Positions 19,294 to 27,902 of a DNA stretch of 64,000 nt are shown here, in pieces. A program made the translations under genes and the position numbers. How positions within the stretch are numbered: the first letter of the stretch is position 1; every line of letters starts with the position of its first letter. This DNA comes from an uncultured delta proteobacterium (GTDB lineage Bacteria > Desulfobacterota > Desulfobaccia > Desulfobaccales > 0-14-0-80-60-11), in contig CAWETI010000003.1 of the NCBI GenBank assembly GCA_963812015.1, positions 1,600,001 through 1,664,000 on the forward strand, in the 5' to 3' direction. A model generated the notes under the pieces. The model did no database searches, had not been told where the DNA came from, and worked only from the letters and a program-made list of their open reading frames with translations.

Positions 19294-19832
19294 AATTTTC
19301 AAATCATATTTTTATAACAAATTCAGCCGGGCATGACAAGATTTTTCGGAGCGGGCCGCTTGAGCTGTTTTCGGAGAGAGGGGCGCCGGGGCCCCCGATG
19401 GTGCTCAACCATGAGACCAGGGCTTTCCTCCCGGGGTTTTCCCAGGTCAGCCAGTTATGATAAGCATATCAAATAGTTTTTCAATGGAGTATAAACTATA
19501 TAGATAGTAGCAGTCATCACTTTTTTCCGGTGGCTTGGAATTCAACTTAAGTAGGTCAGATTAATGATGAGGTGAGGTTGTGTAACGACAGTTATCTCGT
19601 GCAGTTCTCTATGCGGGGGAAGGAGAAGCGGCCATTGATCGGCTGATAAACTATGTAATTATTAGGAATTATAATATATAATTCCCACGGAACGATTACA
19701 ACACGCAATAGCTGGCAGATGCAGAGGCTATATTGTAATGCTTAGGTTTGACTTAATCTAGGTCTAACCTTGCAACTGCATCTGCCAGCGTACTGGAAGT
19801 ATTCCTCATTGAAAGAAGTAGGGGTTTTGTTC

Positions 19833-20171
19833 TTAATTTGCGACCTTGTCGTTATGCTTCTTACGGTAGATGTTCCTGCTGGCGCGGTTTTGCTTCCGGG
19901 TCAGTTTGGCGCGTTCCTTCTGGGTCAGGTTGCCATCGGCCTTCATACGATCTTCCGTGGCTTTGATGCGTGACTGTTGGTTCTCCAAACGCGTGGCCTC
20001 GCCTGGTGTCAACTGCCCGGATTTTATTCCCTGCTGAATGCGTTCCTGCTGCTTGACCTCCCTTTCTTGAATCCCAGGATCGTTAACATTTTGCGCGGCT
20101 ACCGGTAGCCCGGTCAAGGTGAGCAAACCCAGAATCAAGCCAGTCTTTAAAAGATTAGTGCCTCTGCTCAT
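19833..20171 (-). CDS. Secreted helical hypothetical protein
   Basis: Signal peptide, then QQERIQQGIKSGQLTPGEATRL / ADGNLTQKERAKL repeats; AAGGAG RBS. Confidence 0.85.
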   Translation of the reverse strand: MSRGTNLLKTGLILGLLTLTGLPVAAQNVNDPGIQEREVKQQERIQQGIKSGQLTPGEATRLENQQSRIKATEDRMKADGNLTQKERAKLTRKQNRASRNIYRKKHNDKVAN

Positions 20172-20786
20172 TGGATCAATTCTCCTTTTTCATAGCTTTT
20201 ATCAGTTAGAATAAACTCCCGCCGAAATGTTAACCGGGAAATAGCCCTTGAGTGAGCAATCCCCAAGATCCATTGATGTTAAATATGTCTCAAGGGAAAA
20301 GGGGATAAAATAAGGAATCTTCGGAAAGCTCTCTTCTGATTTCCTTAAAATTGAGAAGGGGTAACCCCGAAGGAAACTGAGCAGCATAACTTACCACTAT
20401 CAAAATTACTAAAAAAACAAAGAGTTACTGGTATAATCCGCATAATATCGTCCTGAGCGCCTCGGCTCGGGGAGATTCAAGAAACCGGGAATTGAAGAAA
20501 ATCAGCAGGCTGGGAGGAGAAGAACTAAACAAATTTTCCCGGTTATTCAACTCTGGTGAAAATCTTCCAGGGCGTTTGACCAGTACCGGTAAATCGTTCC
20601 TGCCGTTCTGGCCATTTCTCCCCCATCCCTTAAAGTGAGACACCCGCGACCCGGACGTGTCACTGTCATGGCGATGGCCCTTTAGGGGCTCGAATAAACC
20701 CCCCAAAGGCTCATAAAATTGACGATACGGGGTGATGGTGGGCGGGATGGAGTCCGGGGGCCGCGGTGGGTGAGGCCCAACCACCC

Positions 20787-22436
20787 TTAGGGATGGTTGA
20801 CCAGCAGGCGCATGCCGGGCAGGGTCAAGGCCACCGGGGCGCCTTGCAGGAAAGGCTCGGGGGCCACCGCGTTATCCAGGAGCAAGAACACCTTCCCGGG
20901 CCCCTGCCATAACTCCTGGAGGCGTTCCGGGGTAATGATGTAGTGTGCGGCGGGGTCCACCGGATAGGGAAACTGCGGCAGGCCGTTACGTTGGACCATG
21001 AGGATGTGGCGCCGGGCGTAAAGCTCCAGGGAGGCCCCGTATTCAAACTCTTCAATGGGACCCATGATCAAGAGGTCCTGGGGGGATGCCACCCGCCGGA
21101 TATATTCCCCCACGGCCCGGTCGCACTGCCGGGGGGTGAGGACCATCATGGTCTGAAAGGTGACCCCGGCCAGGCCCAAAGCCAGGAGGCCGTATCCGGC
21201 CACCGCCAGACCGCGGCGACCGAGCCAGGCGGTCGCCACCCCCACCAGGGCTGTCGCCGGAATAAACCAGGTGGCCCGCCAGGCGATGGGGGAGATGAGG
21301 CCGGCCATGTCGATGAATTCCCGGCGGTTGGCCACGCAAACCGTTTGCAGGTAGGGCAGCAGCACCGACAGCAAGAGCCCTAACAGGCCCAGGGCCGCCA
21401 GGCTCCAGGGGATGACCCGGTCCCCCGGCGCGTCCAGATAGCGCTTGATGCGCCACCCGAGGATTAGGGCCAGGGCGGGCAGGGCGGGCAGGGAATAATA
21501 TTCGATGCGGTTGGACGACAGGGTGAAAAAGCCCAGGATGACCGCCACCCAAATGAGCAGCAGGCGTCCGGCGGTCCCCACCTCCCGGCCGGGGCGGCTG
21601 GCCTGCCAGAAACGGTAGAGGGCTGCCGGCAGGATGAAGGTCCAGGGCATCAGCCAGATGGCCAAAAACAGGTAGAAACCGGTGATGGTGAAGGAGTTGA
21701 CGTCCGGGGGCTGCCGGCGGCCCAGGAATCGCATGATCTGTTCATTGATGATCTGGAACTTGAGAAAACCGGGATTGGCCAGCTCCGTGGCCACACCCCA
21801 GAGAACCAGGAGCATCAGCATGACGGCGATGCCCCCAGGAGAGCATAACAGGGAGAGCAGGCGGCGCTCCCGCCGGTGCCAGGCATAGAGGAGACCGATA
21901 GACCCGGGAAAGACCACCCCGATAAAACCCTTGCTGAGAAACCCGGCCACCAGGGCCAGAAAGAACATAGCGGTCCAGCCGCGGCTGGGCTTCTCCTCCC
22001 AGCGCAGCAGCGCATATAAGGCCGCCAGCAGGGACAGGGTGATGAGGTGATCGGTGAGAATCTGCAAGTGGAGGACGAAAAAACCGATGCTGGTGAGCAG
22101 GATGAATCCCCCCAGCCAGGCGGCTTGCCGGCCCACCAGACGTTGGCCGATGAGGTAGGTGAGCCAAACCTCCCCCACGGTGATGGCCAGGGTGGGGACC
22201 CGGGCGCTCCATTCGGAGACCCCCAGGAGTTTGTAGCCCAAGAGTTGGAGCCAGTAAAGCAGGTGGGGTTTGTCCAGGTAGGGGGCCCCGTTGAGGGTCG
22301 GGGTCAGCCAGGAGCCCGCGGCCAGCATTTCCCGGGGGATCAGGGCGTACATGGATTCGGATCGCCAGAGGGGCAGCTGCCAGAAGAGGGGCAGGTATAA
22401 CCCCAGACACAGCAGCACCAGGGTAACGCCGTTCAT
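20787..22436 (-). CDS. ArnT-like (GT-C, family 39/83) membrane glycosyltransferase
   Basis: YALIPREML, PTLNGAPYLDKP, SEWSAR and GFLSKG motifs; multiple TM segments; start set at MNGVTL. Confidence 0.88.
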   Translation of the reverse strand: MNGVTLVLLCLGLYLPLFWQLPLWRSESMYALIPREMLAAGSWLTPTLNGAPYLDKPHLLYWLQLLGYKLLGVSEWSARVPTLAITVGEVWLTYLIGQRLVGRQAAWLGGFILLTSIGFFVLHLQILTDHLITLSLLAALYALLRWEEKPSRGWTAMFFLALVAGFLSKGFIGVVFPGSIGLLYAWHRRERRLLSLLCSPGGIAVMLMLLVLWGVATELANPGFLKFQIINEQIMRFLGRRQPPDVNSFTITGFYLFLAIWLMPWTFILPAALYRFWQASRPGREVGTAGRLLLIWVAVILGFFTLSSNRIEYYSLPALPALALILGWRIKRYLDAPGDRVIPWSLAALGLLGLLLSVLLPYLQTVCVANRREFIDMAGLISPIAWRATWFIPATALVGVATAWLGRRGLAVAGYGLLALGLAGVTFQTMMVLTPRQCDRAVGEYIRRVASPQDLLIMGPIEEFEYGASLELYARRHILMVQRNGLPQFPYPVDPAAHYIITPERLQELWQGPGKVFLLLDNAVAPEPFLQGAPVALTLPGMRLLVNHP

Positions 22437-22537
22437 CAGGCGGGCATCGGCGGCGGGTGGGCTTGGGGAGCGTTCCACAACGATAGTCTGGTTGAAGGAG
22501 GGGCCGGGCGGGTCTACGAGAGGCTCCGGCCCTCCCC

Positions 22538-23533
22538 TCAAGTGAGATTCCAGCGGAGCATGGTCCAGATATCCGCCAGGCTGTTCATCTGCCGGACCAC
22601 CGTGGGCTCGAACCCCGAATGCATCATACACTGGGCGCAGCGTGGGTCTCGGCCCACCCCGTAGTCCTCCCAGCGGGTCTTTTTCATCAGATCGGCAAAG
22701 GTGGGGTAGTGGGTGTCCACGATCTGGTAGCAGGGGGCCCGCCAGCCCATGGGATTGCGGGTGGGGTTGGCCCAGGGGGTGCACTCGTAGTCCCGCTCCC
22801 CCCGGAGGAAGCTCAGGTACAAAGGGGTGCTGAAGAACTTGAAATTGAGACCGTTCCCCGTCAGACGGGTGAACTTGTCTTTGATCTCCTCCCGGCTCAT
22901 GAATAGCTCATCGTCGACCCCGGCAAAGCTATAGGCCGGGGAGACCAGGAGGCCGTCCACGCCGATATGGCCCAGGTAAGCCAGGAGAATTTCGATCTCC
23001 AGGGGGTCGGTTTGCTTGTAGATGGAGGTGTTGGTGCACACCCGAATCCCCCGGGCCTTGGCGGCCTTGATGGCCTTGATGGCCAGGTTGAACAGCCCGG
23101 GGCGCCCCAGCAGCTTGTCATGGGAGGCGGCCAGGCCGTCCAGATGGATGCTCAGGGTCAGGTGGTCCGATTGGGGCAGCCGGGGCAGGGATTTTTCCAG
23201 TAAGATGCCGTTGGTGCACAGATAGATGTGCTTGCGGCGGTGCACCAATTCTTCCAACAGCTCAAAGACGGGTGGATAGATCAGGGGCTCGCCCCCGGTA
23301 ATGGTGACCACCGGGGCGTCGCATTCCTCCACGGCCCCGAGGCATTCCTCCAGGGTCAGGGCCTGAGCCAGGGTCTCCCGATACTCCTGGATGCGGCCGC
23401 AGCCCTGGCAGGCCAGATTGCACTGATGGGTGGGCTCCAGCATGAGGACCAGGGGAAATTTTTTCTCACCCTGGAGGCGCTTTTTTATGAGGTAGCGGGT
23501 TAAATCAAAACTCAAACTCATCGGGAAACGCAA
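22538..23533 (-). CDS. hpnH: Hopanoid radical SAM adenosyl-hopene transferase
   Basis: FPLVLMLEP, CNLACQGC, CTPWANPT and DPRCAQCMMHSGFEPT motifs; located next to shc. Confidence 0.93.
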   Translation of the reverse strand: MRFPMSLSFDLTRYLIKKRLQGEKKFPLVLMLEPTHQCNLACQGCGRIQEYRETLAQALTLEECLGAVEECDAPVVTITGGEPLIYPPVFELLEELVHRRKHIYLCTNGILLEKSLPRLPQSDHLTLSIHLDGLAASHDKLLGRPGLFNLAIKAIKAAKARGIRVCTNTSIYKQTDPLEIEILLAYLGHIGVDGLLVSPAYSFAGVDDELFMSREEIKDKFTRLTGNGLNFKFFSTPLYLSFLRGERDYECTPWANPTRNPMGWRAPCYQIVDTHYPTFADLMKKTRWEDYGVGRDPRCAQCMMHSGFEPTVVRQMNSLADIWTMLRWNLT

Positions 23534-23624
23534 GGTTTTACTCTCCTGGGTTCATGCAGCAATGGCTGGGGCATCAGGCCCACTGCCGCATCCCGGTTTC
23601 TCAGCAATCCACGCACATGATGGG

Positions 23625-24620
23625 TTAGGCATAGCCGTGCCGGCGGAACCATTCCACCGCGTCGGCCAGGGCCTGGCGTACCGGGGTGATGGTTAATCCT
23701 AGATATTGTACTGCTTTCCGGTTATCAAAGTACATATATTTCTTGGCCATGCGGATGGCGCTGACGGGCATGCGGGGCGGTCGCCGGCGGAGGTAGGTGG
23801 CGAAGAACTCGTCAACATAGGCCATCCCTAAGACCGGCCAGTAGGGCAGCCTCACCTTCGGGGCCGCCAGACCGGTAAGGTCGGCCAGTAATTGGAAGAT
23901 CCGGGAGAGGCTGAGGTTGTCGTTGCCCAGGATATATTTTTCTCCCACCCGGCCTTTGCCTTCGGCCAACAGGTGGCCCCGGGCCACATCCCGGACATGG
24001 ATGAGATTGAGGCCGGTCTCCAGGTACGCCGGCATGCGGCGCTTAAGAAAATCCACGATCATCTGGCCGGTGGGGGTGGGGCGAAAGTCCCAGGGGCCCA
24101 CGGGAGTGCTGGGATTGACCACCACCAACGGCAAGCCCTGACGGGCGTAGTCCAGGGCCACCGCCTCGGCCAGGAACTTGGAGCGCTTGTAGTGGCCTAC
24201 CATCTCCTTGAGGCTGACGGGGGTGTCCTCGGCGCCGGGGGTGCCGTCTCCCGGGTTGCCTAAAGTTCCTACCGTGCTGGTATAAACCACCCGATCCAGA
24301 CCCCGGGCCGCGGCCGCCTTGAGCAGGTGCCGGGTGCCGACCACGTTGATGGCGTACATGGTGGCCGGGTCCGGCACCCAGAGGCGGTAGTCCGCGGCCA
24401 CATGGAAGAGGCGGGTGCAGCCCGCCAGGGCGTGATCGAGGGAATCCGGGTCACGGAGGTCGCCCACGGCCACCTCCACCGCCAGACCGGCCAGGGCCGG
24501 ATGCTCCGGGTTGCGGGCCAGGACCCGGACTTCCCGGCCCGCGGCCAACAGTTCCTCCACCACGGCCCGGCCCACGAAGCCGGTGCCGCCCGTAACCAGG
24601 GTTTTACCGGAAGGCGTCAT
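23625..24620 (-). CDS. hpnA: Hopanoid-associated NAD-dependent epimerase/dehydratase
   Basis: TGGTGFVG, FHVAADYRLWVPDP, YKRSK, NPSTPVGP and PTPTG motifs. Confidence 0.92.
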   Translation of the reverse strand: MTPSGKTLVTGGTGFVGRAVVEELLAAGREVRVLARNPEHPALAGLAVEVAVGDLRDPDSLDHALAGCTRLFHVAADYRLWVPDPATMYAINVVGTRHLLKAAAARGLDRVVYTSTVGTLGNPGDGTPGAEDTPVSLKEMVGHYKRSKFLAEAVALDYARQGLPLVVVNPSTPVGPWDFRPTPTGQMIVDFLKRRMPAYLETGLNLIHVRDVARGHLLAEGKGRVGEKYILGNDNLSLSRIFQLLADLTGLAAPKVRLPYWPVLGMAYVDEFFATYLRRRPPRMPVSAIRMAKKYMYFDNRKAVQYLGLTITPVRQALADAVEWFRRHGYA

Positions 24621-24901
24621 TGCAAAAACCCCCCTCAAGCCCCCTTGAGAAAAAGGGGGACTTCTCTGGCGTTCCGTGGGTGCGCGGAGTTTTTCTTATG
24701 GGTTTCCCTCTCGCGAAAAGGGGGGGTAAGGACAGTGCGATTTACTGCGGTTCCCCGGTAGGGGTGAAGTCTTTCCGCCGTTGGTGGAACTGTGCTCATT
24801 TATTGGACAGGGAATCCCCGCCCTCCGACAAAAAGACATGCCGCCTTTTCAATGAACCGTATTGGGAATAAAGGAGATTTTGACCGGTGATCGCACCCGG
24901 G

Positions 24902-26873
24902 TCATGAGCCGAGAATGCCGCCCTCCGGCGTTTTAAGAGCCTGCAAATAAATCCCCAAGGCCATCAGAGGGAAACAGTCCCGATAGAGGTGATAGCGAAT
25001 CATGAAATGGTTAGGAAAACCGGTGCCGGTAAACTGCTCCTCGTCCCAGCGGCCCTGGGAGTTTTGGGTCTTGACCAGATATTCGACCCCGGTTTTTACT
25101 TCCGGGGCATGAACTTCCCCCGCCTCGATGAGAGCCAGGAGGGCCCAACCGGTCTGGGAGGCGGTGGACGGCCCCTGACCCATGAGTTCCGGGTGGCGAT
25201 AAGATTCGCAGCACTCACCCCAACCGCCGTCGGGGTTCTGGCAGGCTTTGACCCAGTCCACCGCTCGGCGGACGTAGGGTTGGCCCATGTCCTCGCCGAT
25301 GCGTTTCAGGGCCACCAGCACCGACCAGGTGCCGTAGAGGTAATTCACCCCCCAGCGTCCCCACCAGGGGCCGTCGGGGTGCTGGGTGTGGCGCAGGTAA
25401 GCCAGGGCCCGCCGGGCCGCCGGGTGGTCCAGGCCGTGGCCGAAGGCGCCCATCATCTCCAGGATGCGGGCCGTGATGTCCTCGGTGGGCGGGTCCACCA
25501 GGGCCTTGAGGTCCCCGAAGGGAATGGCATTGAGCCACTCCTTGGTATTATCCTTGTCAAAGGAGGCGAAGCCGCCGTTTTTCGACTGCATGCCCAGACA
25601 CCAGTTGATGCCCCGCTGCAAAGCCGCCTGGTGTTTGCCCGTATCCGCCAACCCTTCCTTTAAGGCCACCAGGACCATGGAGCTGTCGTCGACGTCGGGA
25701 TACCAGTTGTTGTGAAACTCGAAGGCCCAGCCCCCCGGCGGCAGCTCCGGGCATTTGATGCACCAGTCCCCGGGCTTGAAAATCTGTTGGGCCAGCAGCC
25801 AGGTAGTGGACTTGGCCAGGGCGGGATGCTCCGGCGGCAGTCCCGCCGCCGCCAGAGCCCGGATCGCCAGGGCGGTGTCCCACACCGGGGAGATACAGGA
25901 TTGCAGCCCGATATGGCCGTCTTTTTCCAGGGTAAAGAATTCCAGGGCCTGCAAGCCCCGCTGGATGACGTCGTGCTCCACGTCGTAGCCCAGGCAGTGC
26001 AGGGCCAGGAGGGAGTTGACCATGGGCGGCTGGATGCCGGCCCAGTCGCCGCTGTCTTCCTGGTGTTCCAGTATCCACTTTTCGGCTTGCTTGATGGCGA
26101 AGTTACGGGGCCAGGGGAGGCCCAGCCCGGCGTAGAGTTTCAAAATCCGGTCCAGGATGACGAAAAGGTTTTCCAGGAGGGAAGATTCAAGTTTCCAGGC
26201 CACCCGGTGCTGGGAAACCGGCTCGTCGGAGGACAGAAAAAGTTCCTGAATTCCCTGCTCCGGCGGCAAGGACTGGACCGGCCGCTTGGCCATGATGATC
26301 ATCAGGGGCACAACGGTGGCCCGGGTCCAGCTGGAGAATTCATAGATGCTCAGTCCGGACCAGGGCGGCAGCAACATGAACTCCACCGGTAACAGCGGGA
26401 TGCCGTCCCAACTGACCTGACCGAACAGGGCCAGGAAGATGCGGGTAAAGACCCGGGTTTTGAGGGCGCCCCCCCGGGCGAGGATAAACTCCCGGGCTTT
26501 GAGCATACGCGGGTCTTCCGCCGCCAGGCCCGCCATTTTCAGGGCCAGGTAAGCTTCCACCGCGGTGCTGATTTCGCCGCCATCCCCATGCCAGACGGAC
26601 CAGCCGCCGTTGGGGAGCTGCTTGTCCAGGATATCCGCAACCATCCGGGGCACTTTGCCTGCGTCCAGACCCAAAAACCGGTGGAGCATGATGTACTCCG
26701 CGGTGATGGTGACATTGGACTCAAGCTCGGCCCACCAGTACCCCGCCGGGTCTTGCATATTCAACATGGCGGTGGTGGCTCGCTGTCACGGCGCGTTCGA
26801 TGCGGTTGAGGTGTATCCTGGGAAGTGCGTCAATCACTGACTGACTGCGGACTGAAATGGTTTCCCCCCCCAC
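24902..26873 (-). CDS. shc: Squalene-hopene cyclase (apparent +1 frameshift near 26786, in the N-terminus)
   Basis: SPVWDT, YPDVDD and QW repeats (QxxxGGW); main ORF is 24902-26767; upstream ...IHLNRIERAV lies in another frame and would join QRATTAMLNMQ. Confidence 0.92.
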
Positions 26874-26965
26874 TTCTTTCCCCCCGAGTTGTTTTCTGAA
26901 TTTGCATACTATACCATAACCCCCAAAAAGACCAAATATTTTAGTCTTAACGTAAGTTCATATTT

Positions 26966-27379
26966 ATGAACTATCAAGACCCCGGGCGCCGGTGGCGAGA
27001 GTTTATATCCATGATTCAACTCCACGGGGTTGGTCTAGCCTATTTTCTGGGCTCCCAGAAAGAGTTAGGGCCTCGTCTCCTGGCCGGCGAAGACGTGATC
27101 GGGGCGCCGGACAGCGATCTCGATCTGGGGGTGGTGTTGCTGGAACATCCCCTGGATTATTGGGAAGGGCAAAAGCTGCGGCGCCGCCTGGAAGACGCCC
27201 TGGCGCCCCTCTTTGCCCCGGTGCGCCTCCATCTCCTGCTGCTGGAAGAAGAAAACGCCCATGTACAATATGCCGCCATCCGGGGTATTCAGGCCTATGC
27301 CGTGCATGAAGACTTTGCCCGCCAGTACCGCCGTCAGGTCCTGACCCTTTATGGTGACTGGCACTCCTGGTGGCCTTAA
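26966..27379 (+). CDS. Minimal nucleotidyltransferase (MNT)-domain protein
   Basis: YFLGSQ...DSDLDLGV motif; 137 aa. Confidence 0.75.
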   Translation: MNYQDPGRRWREFISMIQLHGVGLAYFLGSQKELGPRLLAGEDVIGAPDSDLDLGVVLLEHPLDYWEGQKLRRRLEDALAPLFAPVRLHLLLLEEENAHVQYAAIRGIQAYAVHEDFARQYRRQVLTLYGDWHSWWP

Positions 27380-27902
27380 GGATGAGCGCCTCAGCGTTGG
27401 TCTGGCCAGTCCCCTTCACGGTTAATCCCCAACCCGCCAACCTTGGGTGAACCTTAAATTATTTCCGTCAATCCCGAAAAGTGCCGGCCTGATTACCGGG
27501 AGGATTTAATAAACCGGACCAAAATGCCGTTGAAGATGATCAAGGCGCCGGATTTGCCCCCAAGCCCCAAAAGGACTGTGGCCCGGCAAAGGTGCGCCCC
27601 CCGGCTGCCGGGCGCCGAGATCAGGATGGATCTCTCCTCGCTTCTTCCCACCGTCCTCGGCAAAATGAGTTTCCCGGTGCAATTCCTCAACCTCGGGGGT
27701 GACAGGTTGCTCTCTGCAATATCGGTATTATTTTAATATATAATTAAATATGAGCCTGACGTTCCGGTTGACCCTCAGGGAAAATTCTGCTAAGGGAGAG
27801 GCATATTGAAGAAGATGGCTGCCACCCAACCCGGAATCCCTCCCCGCCAGCCCACCGGCGCACACTCACATATCGAACCATCCCTATCTCTCAGGAGATA
27901 AC

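Noticed and set aside
26786..26788. In-frame TGA upstream of the shc ORF as selenocysteine
   Set aside because: No SECIS-like hairpin, and the alternative frame gives the expected SHC N-terminal helix, so a frameshift explains it better.
27700..27900. CIRCE/heat-shock operator upstream of lon
   Set aside because: No TTAGCACTC-N9-GAGTGCTAA-like inverted repeat found.
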